A DNA stretch of 64,000 bases from an uncultured delta proteobacterium. GTDB taxonomy: Bacteria; Myxococcota_A; Polyangia; Polyangiales; Polyangiaceae. The notes beneath the pieces are model-generated. The model searched no databases, was not told the origin of the DNA, and worked only from the letters and a program-made list of their open reading frames with translations. Where the stretch lies: positions 928,001-992,000 of the forward strand of contig CAWJCS010000003.1 in assembly GCA_963841435.1 (NCBI GenBank), read 5' to 3'. The position numbers were made by a program, and so were the translations under genes. This document shows positions 18,629-28,973 of the stretch, piece after piece (the first letter of the stretch is position 1; each line of letters opens with the position of its first letter).

Positions 18629-19710
18629 GCCGGCACCGCCGAGGGCAGGGCGCCCGTGAGCACGCGGCGGATCGCCGACAGGCCGTCCTTCGCGAGCGCC
18701 TCGAGTCCCTCGATCCGATGGTCCTTGATCAGCGTCTGGAGCCCTTGGGTCTTGTGGGGCTCGCGGTTGTCGAGCACACAGGCGGGCTTGCCGAGGCCAA
18801 CGGCGCAGATCGCCGGATGGTAGCGATCGGAGATGACGCCCGACGAGCCGGCGACGATCGACACGAGCTCGCCCACGGACCGGCACGGCACCGACGGCAC
18901 GCCCAGCCGCGCTGCGAGCTTTTCCAGGAAGTGCCCGTCGGCGGGAACGTCGCTCGTGGCGAGCACGACCTTTTCCTCGGGCGCGAGGGGAAGCTCACGT
19001 CCGCCGCAGCGCAGACGCCCGCGGCCGATGTGAATGCTCTTCGGGTCGAGGTTATTGGCCCGCAAGAACAGCAAGCGATAGGGCGTCGGGAGCGGGCACG
19101 GGGGAACGCGTCCCACGGCGGCCTCGAACGGATAAAGGAACGCGTAATCGGCCGAGGGAACAGAGGGCAAACCGTGCTCCGTGAGGTAGGCGTGCGTCGT
19201 CGCTTCGCGCGCCACGCACAGGCTGGCACGGCCGAGCGTCGCGAGAGCGTCCTCGGCGAGCGGTCCGATCGAGTGGCTCGCGAGCAGGAAGGGAATGCCG
19301 AGGTCGGCGGCGACCTCGAGATCCGAGAGTGCGCTCGGCCAGCGCGCGTCGTAGCGCGCCAGGAACGGTCCCGGCGCGCTCACGATGGCATCGTAGCCCG
19401 AGAACAGCGCCGCGCGTCGTTTGCGGCGCCCCGGCTCGAGGGTCACGCGGCGCACGGCGCGCGGCACGAAGCGCCAGCTCCAGGCGAACGTCTCGCGCAC
19501 GTGTCGATCGGCGAGCGACAGGAGCTCCTCGGTGCCCGCTCGTGCCACGCCCGGGTAGCCCGCGAGATCGAGCACGGACGGGCGAAGCTCCCGAAGCGAG
19601 CGCAAAAGCACGGAAGCCTGCAGCACGTCCCCGAGATTGCCCCTCAACCAGGCATGCACGACCAAGAGCTTCACGACACTGGATCCACGGCTCGTTTCAC
19701 TGGTCGGCAC
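18625..19710 (-). CDS. Polysaccharide pyruvyl transferase family protein
   Basis: GNLGD, SHSIGP, VARE, SADYAF, ISDRYHPAI. Confidence 0.78.
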   Translation of the reverse strand: MPTSETSRGSSVVKLLVVHAWLRGNLGDVLQASVLLRSLRELRPSVLDLAGYPGVARAGTEELLSLADRHVRETFAWSWRFVPRAVRRVTLEPGRRKRRAALFSGYDAIVSAPGPFLARYDARWPSALSDLEVAADLGIPFLLASHSIGPLAEDALATLGRASLCVAREATTHAYLTEHGLPSVPSADYAFLYPFEAAVGRVPPCPLPTPYRLLFLRANNLDPKSIHIGRGRLRCGGRELPLAPEEKVVLATSDVPADGHFLEKLAARLGVPSVPCRSVGELVSIVAGSSGVISDRYHPAICAVGLGKPACVLDNREPHKTQGLQTLIKDHRIEGLEALAKDGLSAIRRVLTGALPSAVPA

Positions 19711-19820
19711 CCCGGGTCTTATCCCCGGGCCGCGCCGCTGGGAAGCGGCGAAGTCGGGCCAAACCGCCTGGGTCGCGCTGATACACCATCAAGGGGGCCA
19801 GAGGAGCCCACGAGCCGAGC

Positions 19821-20873
19821 TCAGGGAGCTCCGAAATCGAGCCCGATGCGCGAATGAAGCTGGAGCACGCCGCGCTGCTGGCCGCCTTGACCCAGCGCCG
19901 CCGCCAAGACGGACTGTATCTCCCCGTTTTCCGGAAAGGGCGATCCGGGCCGAATGCCGACGCGCCCGTCGGATTTCGATTGGAACTCCAAGAGGTCGCG
20001 TGGGGCATCGGGTGGCAGCCCCACCATGTCGAAGCGAGCGCTCGCTGCGTAGCGCTTCGCGCCGATCGAGAGCGTCACGAGGTCACCCTGGATTTCCTCG
20101 ACCTTCACGAGGCGATACGTGACCAGATCGAGCCCGAACACGCCCTCGCGACTCGTCACCATCCACAAAGCGCCGACGCCGACGGGCTGGGCCGGGCGCG
20201 GCACGGCCAGCATCGCCAGCGTGTCCTCGAGCATCCGAAAGAGGTCGCGCACGTCGGCGGCGTTTGCCCGAGCGTCGGAATGGTACGCCGTGCCCGAGCC
20301 GTCGGGGCGCACCTCGTACGAGATCCGCGCGCCCTTGAACTGGGGCAAGTGCGCGCCCGTGGCGCTCACCTTGGCGTCGGCGATCGTGGCGGTCACGGCG
20401 ACGTTCTCGGCGGCACCCGGCGCGGTGGGCTCGGCGCTCGGCGCTTTCTCGGCGTCGAACGCGAGCGATACATCGATCGGCGTGCCGCTCTGCCGCGGGT
20501 CTTGCTGCAGCAGGATCTGAACGGTGCCTTTCGACTTCCAGCCCGGCTTCGGTTGTCCGGTGCCGAGGCTCACGCGTGGCTCGGCGCCCGTGCCACCCAG
20601 CGTCAGCTTGATGCTGGCACCGCGCGGCATCTCGCGGTCGGCCTCGCCGGGCCCGAACACCCCGTTCGGCGGTGGACCGCCCGAGGCCGCGGGCACGGGA
20701 CCGCGCGGGACGCCGACCGACGCCGCCGCGACGGCCTTGGCGACGTTGGGATCGATGACGGCCGTGCGGTCGACGCTCGCCGCGGGCTCGGCGGCTTGCT
20801 CCTCCTGCTTTTTGCAGCCGATGCCGAGCCCGCAAGCGACCAGGACCCAAATGACGACGATCCTATGGCGCAT
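19821..20873 (-). CDS. Hypothetical lipoprotein
   Basis: MRHRIVVIWVLVACGLGIGC lipobox; GAEPRVSL and PVGVGALW motifs. Confidence 0.72.
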   Translation of the reverse strand: MRHRIVVIWVLVACGLGIGCKKQEEQAAEPAASVDRTAVIDPNVAKAVAAASVGVPRGPVPAASGGPPPNGVFGPGEADREMPRGASIKLTLGGTGAEPRVSLGTGQPKPGWKSKGTVQILLQQDPRQSGTPIDVSLAFDAEKAPSAEPTAPGAAENVAVTATIADAKVSATGAHLPQFKGARISYEVRPDGSGTAYHSDARANAADVRDLFRMLEDTLAMLAVPRPAQPVGVGALWMVTSREGVFGLDLVTYRLVKVEEIQGDLVTLSIGAKRYAASARFDMVGLPPDAPRDLLEFQSKSDGRVGIRPGSPFPENGEIQSVLAAALGQGGQQRGVLQLHSRIGLDFGAP

Positions 20874-20918
20874 TTCGCCCTCCCCTACCCGCGCCCCGAG
20901 CGATTGTAAAGTCCCGGC

Positions 20919-21647
20919 ATGCAGCCTCACCAACCTGGACGGCGTGGGCCGAAGATCGAGCACGCGTGCTTCGTTTGCGGCAAGAAGGGACACTTCCCCG
21001 AGCTGGTGCGCGCGGGCATCGCGCGAAGCGCCGTCGCCGAGCACATCAGCCACACGCGCGGCGTCGAGTGGCAGCCCGACAGTCGTATCTGCCAGGACTG
21101 CCTGGCCCGGGCGCGTCAAGAGCGGCTCGTCGCACGGCTCAGCGCCCAGCGCGGACACCTCGACGAGGTCGACGCCGACCTCGTCCGGCGCATCTCGGAA
21201 CGCGAGAGCGTCGTCGAGAGCGAGGACCACGACGCCTCGCCGAGCCTCGGCGGCACCGTCGCCGACGCCGTCGCCCGCTGGGGCGGCTCGTGGACCTTCG
21301 TGGTCACTTTCCTCGTGCTCATCGCCGTGTGGTCGACCTCGAACGCACTCCTGCTCCGGAACCGCGGCTTCGATCCCTACCCCTTCATCCTGCTAAACCT
21401 CGTGCTTTCGTGCGTCGCGGCGCTGCAGGCGCCCGTGATCATGATGTCGCAGAATCGGGCCGAGCGACGCGATCGGCGCCGCGGCGAAAACGACTACCGC
21501 GTCAACCTGAAGGCGGAGATCGAGGTCGCCGCGCTGCACGAGAAGCTCGATCACCTCCTGCACGTGCAATACGAGGAGCTCGTCGAACGCCAGGAAACGG
21601 CGCTCGACCTGCTCGAGCAGCTGATTGCCGCGAAGCACGCGCGCTAA
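20919..21647 (+). CDS. DUF1003 domain membrane protein
   Basis: GGSWTF, FDPYPFILLNLVLSCVAALQAPVIMMSQNR, DYRVNLKAE. Confidence 0.92.
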   Translation: MQPHQPGRRGPKIEHACFVCGKKGHFPELVRAGIARSAVAEHISHTRGVEWQPDSRICQDCLARARQERLVARLSAQRGHLDEVDADLVRRISERESVVESEDHDASPSLGGTVADAVARWGGSWTFVVTFLVLIAVWSTSNALLLRNRGFDPYPFILLNLVLSCVAALQAPVIMMSQNRAERRDRRRGENDYRVNLKAEIEVAALHEKLDHLLHVQYEELVERQETALDLLEQLIAAKHAR

Positions 21648-21654
21648 GGTCGTG

Positions 21655-23322
21655 GTGAAGGCCTTCTTCGAGCGCGGTCGCGTGGCCCTTTCGCGACGTT
21701 TTCCCCGTGCGCCGGGGCTCATCGGCAGCGTCGTGGCCGTCGCTTGCCTCGACGCCGTGGTCAACGCCCGTTACCCGGGGCCCGAGCCACCCGCGTGGTA
21801 CCTCGTCGCGAGCCCGGACATCGTCGTCTTGCTCGGCGTGCTCGCGCTCTTCGGCCGCGCCGGGCGTCCCGTGCCGAGGAGCCTTCGCTGGCTCGCCCTC
21901 GCGCTCCTGCTCGGCATCAGGCTCCTGCGCTTCGGCGACGGCGTGTCTCTTCGCCTGCTCGACCGACCCTTCAACCTCTACATCCAGCTCCCGCTGCTCG
22001 GCGAGCTGCCGCGCCTCGCGCGCGAGGCGCTCGCGCCGCACGAGATCGCGCTCGGGCTCCTCGCGCTGCTTGCCGCCGCCGCGATCATCGGCGCGACCAC
22101 GGCGTGGGCCCTCGGCGAAAGCGCGCGCGCCGTCGCGACGACCCAGGGTCGGCGCCTCACGGCCGGCGTCGTGGCCGGCTTCGCCGTCGCCGGCCTCTTC
22201 GTTTCGAAGCCTCGCGGCGGCGCGGGCCTCTTCGGTCACGTCCCCTCGAGCGGCGTCGGTCGCATCGGCGACGAGATCGGGTTCTTGGTCCACGCCCGGG
22301 CCCTCAAGCGCGAGCGCGCCGAAGAGGTGCGCGCCACCCGCGAGCGGCTCCGGAAGGCCCCGCATGATCTCTCGCGGCTTCGGGGCGGCGACGTGCTGCT
22401 CTTCTTCGTCGAAGCCTATGGGGAGACGGTGCTCCACAGCCGGTCACAAAAGGACAGACTTGGCCCCGTTTACGCAAGCATGGAGCGCGAGCTTTCGGCC
22501 GGCGGGTATCACGTCGCGTCGGGGCTCCTCGAATCGCCCATCTTCGGTGGTCAATCCTGGCTCGCGCACGCGACCCTTTCGAGCGGCATCCGCACCACCG
22601 ACGAGCTCGAATACCGCGTGCTCGGCGAAGCCGCCCCGCCGGCCCTCGCCGAGTTTTTCGAGGCGGCCGGCTACCGCACCGTGCTCGTTCAGCCCGCAAC
22701 GAAGACGGTCACCGGCATCACGAACTACCTCCGCTTCGAAAAGCACTACTACGCCGCCGACTTCGGCTACCGCGGTCCGGGCATCGGCTGGGGCACGATC
22801 CCCGACCAGTACTCGATCGATCTCGTCCATCGTCGCGAGCTCGAAAAGCCTCACGGTCCGACCTTCGTCGAGTACACGCTCGTCTCGAGCCACGTTCCGT
22901 GGCGCGAGGTGCCCGTCTTCGTGCCGGGTCCCACGGACTTCGGCGACGGCTCGCTGTACCGCAAACTTCCAATCACGCGCTCGGAGGTCACCCTCGGCGA
23001 CGAGCGCGCCGCCTCGGCGGCATTTGCGGGCGGCATCGCCTACGATCTCGATGTCTTGAAGGCCTATCTGCTCGAGCGCGTGCGCGGCGACACCCTCGTG
23101 GTGGCCCTCGGCGACCACCAACCAGCGGCGGGTGCGACCGAGGGCAGCACGACTCGCGGCGTCATGGTCCACGTCTTCTCGCGGAATCCGAGCTTCGTCG
23201 ACGCCTTCGTCAGAAGGGGCTACACCCAAGGGATGCGACCCAGGGAGCCTGCACGGCGGCAGGGCCTCGAGTCCTTCCTTCCCCACTTCCTCGCTGACTT
23301 TTCGGCTGGTGGCGGAGCGTGA
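21655..23322 (+). CDS. Membrane-anchored sulfatase/alkaline-phosphatase-superfamily (LTA-synthase-like) protein
   Basis: N-terminal TM helices; FFVEAYG, SPIFGGQSWLAH, LVSSHVPW, LGDHQP metal-site motifs; start uncertain. Confidence 0.78.
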   Translation: MKAFFERGRVALSRRFPRAPGLIGSVVAVACLDAVVNARYPGPEPPAWYLVASPDIVVLLGVLALFGRAGRPVPRSLRWLALALLLGIRLLRFGDGVSLRLLDRPFNLYIQLPLLGELPRLAREALAPHEIALGLLALLAAAAIIGATTAWALGESARAVATTQGRRLTAGVVAGFAVAGLFVSKPRGGAGLFGHVPSSGVGRIGDEIGFLVHARALKRERAEEVRATRERLRKAPHDLSRLRGGDVLLFFVEAYGETVLHSRSQKDRLGPVYASMERELSAGGYHVASGLLESPIFGGQSWLAHATLSSGIRTTDELEYRVLGEAAPPALAEFFEAAGYRTVLVQPATKTVTGITNYLRFEKHYYAADFGYRGPGIGWGTIPDQYSIDLVHRRELEKPHGPTFVEYTLVSSHVPWREVPVFVPGPTDFGDGSLYRKLPITRSEVTLGDERAASAAFAGGIAYDLDVLKAYLLERVRGDTLVVALGDHQPAAGATEGSTTRGVMVHVFSRNPSFVDAFVRRGYTQGMRPREPARRQGLESFLPHFLADFSAGGGA

Positions 23323-24233
23323 TGGAAGGAGCGTCGCCTCGGCCCGATCACTTAGGCGAGGCCCGAGCCTGGGCGCTCTTGCGAGTGCTCGCGGCACGTG
23401 CGAGCGCTGGCACGCCGCTCGCACGCCGCGCGGAGTTCGATTTCGACGGTGACGACGCGCCGCGCGAACGCAGTAGCGGCGCGGGGCTCGTTGCGGTCGA
23501 TCCCGATCACCCGCGTGGCTTCGTCGCGAGGGCGGCCGCCGACGCGGCGGTGAGCGAGCTCTTCGACCTGTACCTCCCGCTGTGCACGGGCGCTCGCAGC
23601 GCGCGGTTCGTGCTCGCGCACGTGGGCCAGAGCCTCGACGGGCAGACGGCAACCGCGACGGGAGCCTCCCGCTACGTGACGGGCCCCGAGAACATTCGCC
23701 ACCTGCACCGCCTGCGCGCCCTTTTCGACGCCGTGATCGTCGGCGCGCACACCGTCGAGCTCGACGATCCGAAGCTCACGACCCGCCTCGTCGTCGGCCG
23801 GCACCCGACGCGTGTCGTCATCGATCCCCACCTGCGGCTGCCAAAAGACCGCACGCTGTTTCGCGATCCGACCGCGGAGACGCTGGTCGTGTGCCGCGAT
23901 GACGCGACGGGGCCGAGCCACGTGCGGCGCGAGAACCTGATCCGCCTGCCCGCGACGGGTGACCGGCTCTCCGTACCGGCCATCGTGGAGGCGCTCGGCG
24001 CCCGTGGCCTCGGGCGCCTGTTCGTCGAGGGGGGCGGTGTCACGGTGTCGCACTGCCTGTCGGCGCGCGCGCTCGACCGCCTGCACGTCAGCGTCTGCCC
24101 CGTGTTCCTCGGAGCGGGGCGGCCTGGCATCGTGCTCCCGGGCATCGACGGGATGGACGGCGCCTTGCGCCCCCACGCCCGGCGCTTCGGCATGGGGGAC
24201 GACGTGCTCTTCGATTGCGCCTTCGAGAGGTAG
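23319..24233 (+). CDS. RibD C-terminal (pyrimidine reductase/DHFR-like) domain protein
   Basis: GQSLDGQTA, HLHRLRA, VGAHTV..DDPKLTTR, LFVEGGG; no deaminase domain. Confidence 0.9.
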   Translation: MMEGASPRPDHLGEARAWALLRVLAARASAGTPLARRAEFDFDGDDAPRERSSGAGLVAVDPDHPRGFVARAAADAAVSELFDLYLPLCTGARSARFVLAHVGQSLDGQTATATGASRYVTGPENIRHLHRLRALFDAVIVGAHTVELDDPKLTTRLVVGRHPTRVVIDPHLRLPKDRTLFRDPTAETLVVCRDDATGPSHVRRENLIRLPATGDRLSVPAIVEALGARGLGRLFVEGGGVTVSHCLSARALDRLHVSVCPVFLGAGRPGIVLPGIDGMDGALRPHARRFGMGDDVLFDCAFER

Positions 24234-24259
24234 CCTCCCGTGACGCCGAGCACGCCGAG

Positions 24260-25294
24260 ATGACGCCAAGCCCCCGCGTCTTCGTGGTCGAGCCCGAGGC
24301 CGGGGGCCGTGTGAGCGGCGGCTATCTTTATAATCTAAGGCTTGCCGAGTCCCGTGTCATCGCCCGGCGGCCCGCAGCGCCCGGCGGGCTCGAGGGCGCG
24401 CTCGAAGCCATTGGCGCCGCACCCGGCGACACCGTGCTCCTCGACTCGCTGCTGCTCGAACCGCGCGCGGCCGCCCTGCTCGCGGCGCTCGGCCGCGCGT
24501 CGGGCGCCCGCGTGGGCGCGCTCGTCCACGCCTTCCCGTCGTTCGTGCGGCGCGCGTCCGAGCCGCGCCCATTCACGGGCGAGCTTCGACCGACCGCGGC
24601 GGAGCTCGAAGCGCTCGCAGCGCTCGACATCGTCGTCACGCCTGGCGCGTACGTGGCTCGCGTGCTCGCGGCGGCCGGCTGCCACCTCCCCTGCCTCGTG
24701 TGTCCGCCCGGCGTCGACCGCCCGGCGACGAGCCCCCGAGCACGCCCTCCCGGCGACGCCGTCCGCCTCGTGACGCTCGCCAATCTCACGCCGAACAAGG
24801 GGATCCCCGCTTCGATCCGTGCGCTTTCGCCACTTCGCAGGCACGCCTTTCGGCTCACCGTCGTCGGCGCCGCGCCGAGCGCAGAGGACCTCGCGGACCT
24901 CGTCGCAGAGGTCGAGGCGTCAGGCCTTGCCGACCATGTGCGCTTCGCGGGCCCGCTCGCGCACGCCGACGCGCTCGCGCGGCTCGCCGAGAGCGATGTG
25001 ACGTTGCTCTCGAGCTACACGGAAAACGCGCCGCTCGCCGTGCTCGAAGCGCTCGCTGCCGGCGTTCCCGTCGTCGCGTACGCGGCGGGCGGCGTGCCGG
25101 ATCTCGTCGAGCACGAGCGCTCCGGCCTGCTCGTCCCGCTTTCCGACGAAGCCGCGCTCTCGGCCGCCCTCGAGCGCGTGCTCACGAGCGCCCCGGAGCG
25201 CGCCCGCCTCGCCGCGGGCGCGCGCGAGGCCGGTGCGAAGCTCCCCTCGTGGGACGATGCGGCCGCAGCGTTTCAGCGCGCGCTCGGCGCGTAG
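24260..25294 (+). CDS. Glycosyltransferase family 4
   Basis: SGGYLYN, ANLTPNKG, ENAPLAVLEALAAGVPVV. Confidence 0.88.
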   Translation: MTPSPRVFVVEPEAGGRVSGGYLYNLRLAESRVIARRPAAPGGLEGALEAIGAAPGDTVLLDSLLLEPRAAALLAALGRASGARVGALVHAFPSFVRRASEPRPFTGELRPTAAELEALAALDIVVTPGAYVARVLAAAGCHLPCLVCPPGVDRPATSPRARPPGDAVRLVTLANLTPNKGIPASIRALSPLRRHAFRLTVVGAAPSAEDLADLVAEVEASGLADHVRFAGPLAHADALARLAESDVTLLSSYTENAPLAVLEALAAGVPVVAYAAGGVPDLVEHERSGLLVPLSDEAALSAALERVLTSAPERARLAAGAREAGAKLPSWDDAAAAFQRALGA

Positions 25295-25956
25295 GCCAAG
25301 TAGAACGAGCGCGCGAACGACAGCGTCACGAACGCGCTGCCGAGCGCGGCAGAGGCCACGCCGAGCGGATCGCCGAAGACGAGCCCGGCGAGCAGGCTCG
25401 CGACGAGCAGGCCGAACCCGATGCGTCCGATGAGCGAGCGGGGCGCAGGCCCCCCTCGTGACGGCCACGCGCTGAGGACGAGCACGTACGCGTAACGCAA
25501 GAGACCCGGCCACAGGATCCAGCCGCCGAAGCGGCCCCGCTGCCAGAGTTCGACCGCGAGCACGAGCACGAGCAGCGAGTCCACCTCGACGTCGAAAAGG
25601 GCGCCGAACGACGACACGAGGCCCGAGCGGCGAGCGAGCCAGCCGTCGAAGGCGTCGAGCGTGAGCACCGTCAGCGTGAGCACGACAATCGGAAGCGGGC
25701 CGGCGCCGTGCAACGCGAGACCGAGGGAAAGCACGAGCACGAGCCTGAGCGCCGTGACGGCGTTCGCGCTCCCGAAGCGACCGTCAGGCGTGAAGCGCCC
25801 CCGCGCCCCCGCAACGAGCCACGCGAACGACAGGGCCGCGCCCAGCACGAGCGGCCACGGATGGCCGACGACGGCCGTCACGGCCCAGGCGGCGAGCACC
25901 AGCCCCGCGTGCCGGGTCGGCAGGGCATCGCGTGGCGTGGGCTCGGAGGCTGGCAT
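25273..25956 (-). CDS. CDP-alcohol phosphatidyltransferase family protein
   Basis: [30 protein letters not shown] signature. Confidence 0.92.
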   Translation of the reverse strand: MPASEPTPRDALPTRHAGLVLAAWAVTAVVGHPWPLVLGAALSFAWLVAGARGRFTPDGRFGSANAVTALRLVLVLSLGLALHGAGPLPIVVLTLTVLTLDAFDGWLARRSGLVSSFGALFDVEVDSLLVLVLAVELWQRGRFGGWILWPGLLRYAYVLVLSAWPSRGGPAPRSLIGRIGFGLLVASLLAGLVFGDPLGVASAALGSAFVTLSFARSFYLAYAPSAR

Positions 25957-26049
25957 CGGCGAGAGTATCCGTCAGGGCGGGGCCACGGGTGCCCGCGCGC
26001 GCCACCTTCGCGCACCAGCGCGGGCGAGAGGAGTGCTAAACATGCGGTG

Positions 26050-27039
26050 GTGAGCGCTGCCCGGCCGAGCGGAACCGCACGCGCCTTCTGGGTCGAGGCG
26101 CCCGGCCGCGGGGCCATCCGCGACGAGCCGCTCCCCGAGCCCGGCCCCGGTGAAGCCCTCGTGCGCGCCCTGGTGAGCGGCGTCAGCCGCGGCACGGAGA
26201 GCCTGGTGTTCCGAGGTCGCGTGCCCGTGAGCGAGCACGAGCGCATGCGCTGTCTGCACCAGGCGGGCAGCTTCCCGGGCCCCGTGAAGTACGGCTACGC
26301 GAGCGTCGGCGAGGTGGTCTCGGGCTCGCCAGCGCTCGCCGGGCGCCGCGTGTTCTGCCTTCATCCCCATCAAACGGCCTACGTCGTGCCCGAGAGCGAG
26401 CTCACCCCCCTGCCCGACGGCGTGCCCACCGACCGCGCCGTGCTCGCTGCGAACCTCGAGACGGCGCTGAACGCGCTCTGGGACGCGCGACCCCAGCTCG
26501 GCGACACCGTCAGCGTCGTCGGCGCCGGAGTCGTGGGCTGTTTGATCGCTTGGCTCGCGAGCGGCTTGCGCTCGGTCGACGTGGAGCTCATCGACGTGCT
26601 GCCGGACCGCGCAATGCTCGCGGCCGCGCTCGGCGCGCCGTTCGCCACGCCGGACGGCGCCAAGCGCGAACGGGACCTCGTCTTCCACGCGAGCGGCCGC
26701 AGCGAGGGGCTGCGGACGGCGCTCTCGCTCGCCGCCGCCGAAGCCACCGTGCTCGAGCTCTCCTGGTTCGGCGACGAGCCCGTCACCCTCCCGCTCGGCG
26801 AGGCCTTTCACCCGCGACGGCTCACCCTGCGCTCGTCCCAAGTCGGCACGCTGAGCCCCAACGCCCGTGCGCGTTTCACGCGAAAAAGCCGTCTCGAGCT
26901 CGCACTCTCGCTGCTCACCGACCCCGCGCTCGACGCCCTCGTCGGCGAGGAGAGCCCGTTCGAGTCGCTGCCCGAGGCCATGAAGTCGCTCGCGAGCTCG
27001 CCCGGGCCGCTCTGCCACCGCGTGCGCTACGGGGGCTAG
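26050..27039 (+). CDS. Zinc-binding (MDR) dehydrogenase-like protein
   Basis: [44 protein letters not shown]. Confidence 0.85.
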   Translation: MSAARPSGTARAFWVEAPGRGAIRDEPLPEPGPGEALVRALVSGVSRGTESLVFRGRVPVSEHERMRCLHQAGSFPGPVKYGYASVGEVVSGSPALAGRRVFCLHPHQTAYVVPESELTPLPDGVPTDRAVLAANLETALNALWDARPQLGDTVSVVGAGVVGCLIAWLASGLRSVDVELIDVLPDRAMLAAALGAPFATPDGAKRERDLVFHASGRSEGLRTALSLAAAEATVLELSWFGDEPVTLPLGEAFHPRRLTLRSSQVGTLSPNARARFTRKSRLELALSLLTDPALDALVGEESPFESLPEAMKSLASSPGPLCHRVRYGG

Positions 27040-27100
27040 GCTCGCGTTGGGCGCTTCCAAGACTGCCTGAGTCGAGGCTAGGGTAGGCTCCGTTGGAGCC

Positions 27101-27504
27101 ATGTACAGCGTTTGCGTCCGAGGCCACGTGATGATCGCCCACAGCTTCAAAGGCGAGCTGTTCGGCCCCGCCCAGCGCCTGCACGGCGCCACCTACGTCG
27201 TCAACGTGGAGCTCCGCGCGCGCGAGCTCGGACCGGAGGGCGTGGTGGTCGACATCGGCCGCGCGAGCCAGGCGCTCGCCGCGCTGCTCGCCGAGCTCGA
27301 CTACCGAAACCTCGACGACGAGCCCGCCTTCGCCGGCAAGAACACGACGACCGAGTTTCTCTCGGCGTGATCTTCGATCGCTTCTGCGACCGGCTGAAGC
27401 TCGGCGAGCTCGGTCCCGGCGCCGAGCGAGTCGAGGAGCTTCGCGTGACGCTGCGCGAGTCGCACGTCGCCTGGGCCGCGCGCGACGGCGCCGTGCCGCG
27501 CTGA
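27101..27504 (+). CDS. 6-pyruvoyl-tetrahydropterin synthase / QueD-like (T-fold) protein, frameshift at about 27364
   Basis: MIAHSF..AQRLHGATY, NLDD..NTTTEFL; continues in another frame VIFDR..ESHVAWA. Confidence 0.85.
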
Positions 27505-27545
27505 CGGCAAGCCGTTCGGCGCGGGGCCACGCCGTTTCGGCGCCG

Positions 27546-28961
27546 TCAGGCTAGCTGCGTGAGCGGCCCCGTGTCGGGGTTGACGTTGCCGACGCTCGTC
27601 GTGCTCGACATGCCCATGAGCTGGCAGATCGACACGAGGAGCTTGGCCGACGCTTCCTTGTTCACGTCGAGAAAGCGTCCCGTCGAAAGGCCGAGCGAGC
27701 CGCCGCCCGCCATCACGGCGCACCAGGGCTGCATGGCGTGCGACGTCGTCCCGAGCTCGCGCGCCCAGACGACGAGCGTGTTGTCGAGCAGCGAGCTGCC
27801 GCCCTCGTCGATCGCGTCCATCGCCTGGAGCATCGCGACGATCTGTTCGCAATACCAGGTGTCGATGGCCATGAGCTTGTCGCGGTTGTCGGCGTTCTGA
27901 TGCGACATGGTGTGGTGCGCCACCGTGTGGCCGAGCCAGGTGTGCGTCACGTTGCTGAAGCCGCAGCTCAGCTGCACGCTCATCACACGGGTGAGATCGC
28001 AGGCGAAGACGTGCGGCACCAGGCCGAGCATCGCGCCGACCTCCGCCGGGAAATTCGCGTTGTTGGCGGAGCGTCCACTCGCCTCGGGGCGAGCCGGCAG
28101 GGTGCATCCGACCACGGGAGCGGGCGGCATGGCCTTCACGCGTGCCTCGATGGCGCGGAGCCCCGCGAGGTGCGCGTCGATCTTCGGGTACTCTTCCGAG
28201 CTTACCTTGGTGCGTAGCCGGTCGAGGTCGCTCATCACCAGATCGAGAATGCTCGTCTGCTCGAGCTCTTTTTGCACGGCCGCGGGATCGACCATCGGCG
28301 GCTCGCCCGTCGACGGCATCACGCCCGCGAAAAGCCGGTCGAAAGCGGCTTGCGGGTTCGTTTCCGGGTGCAGCGGCTGGTCGTCGCCCTTGTAGATGAC
28401 GCGCGTCACGCTCGTGGGGTTGCCGCACTGCACGCCGAGCTCGACGGTGCGATAGGACGTCTCGAGCATGGGATCCGAAGGCGAGCGCAGGTAAGGCAGC
28501 CCGTCGCCGTACGCCGCTGCCACGATCTGATCGACCGAGGGGCCGCTGCCCCAGCCCGTGCGATGCCCATTGCCGCCGTCGAAGTCGGCTCCGTTGCCGG
28601 GATCCTTGAGCTTTGCTCCCGTGAACATCCCGGCGCTGCCGAAGGCGTGCTGCTCGCCCGCTCCGGTTGCGCTCATCTTGAGGCCCCAGGGGATCACGAT
28701 CTTTTGCTGGAGCGGTGCGAGCGGCTGGTGGATCGGGTGCAGCGTGAACGCCGTCTCGCTTCCCTGGGGCTTCCAGTCGATGGGGCCCGCGGAGCTGTCG
28801 GAGTCGGCCGTGCCGTCGGGCGTGAAGATCAAGAGCAGTCGCTTCGGCCGTGCCAGCTCCTGACCGCTCGCGTTGAGCAGCGGAACGAACGGCGCGGCGG
28901 CCGTGCTGATACCCAGGCTCTTCAGAAAGCCGCGACGGGAGAGGAAGGGGCGGGATCTCAT
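27546..28961 (-). CDS. DUF1552 domain protein (Tat-exported)
   Basis: SRRGFLK twin-arginine signal, PSVDQ, ACDLTRV, HHTMSH, SLLDNT. Confidence 0.9.
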   Translation of the reverse strand: MRSRPFLSRRGFLKSLGISTAAAPFVPLLNASGQELARPKRLLLIFTPDGTADSDSSAGPIDWKPQGSETAFTLHPIHQPLAPLQQKIVIPWGLKMSATGAGEQHAFGSAGMFTGAKLKDPGNGADFDGGNGHRTGWGSGPSVDQIVAAAYGDGLPYLRSPSDPMLETSYRTVELGVQCGNPTSVTRVIYKGDDQPLHPETNPQAAFDRLFAGVMPSTGEPPMVDPAAVQKELEQTSILDLVMSDLDRLRTKVSSEEYPKIDAHLAGLRAIEARVKAMPPAPVVGCTLPARPEASGRSANNANFPAEVGAMLGLVPHVFACDLTRVMSVQLSCGFSNVTHTWLGHTVAHHTMSHQNADNRDKLMAIDTWYCEQIVAMLQAMDAIDEGGSSLLDNTLVVWARELGTTSHAMQPWCAVMAGGGSLGLSTGRFLDVNKEASAKLLVSICQLMGMSSTTSVGNVNPDTGPLTQLA

Positions 28962-28973
28962 CGTGATTCCGTA

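Noticed and set aside
27054-27064. CTTCCAAGACT matching the array core
   Set aside because: Only 11 bp; the flanks do not align convincingly, so chance cannot be excluded
27361-27370. Genuine stop or programmed recoding in the PTPS-like gene
   Set aside because: A single missing base (for example GG for GGG) restores the frame; best explained as an indel error given the other frameshifts
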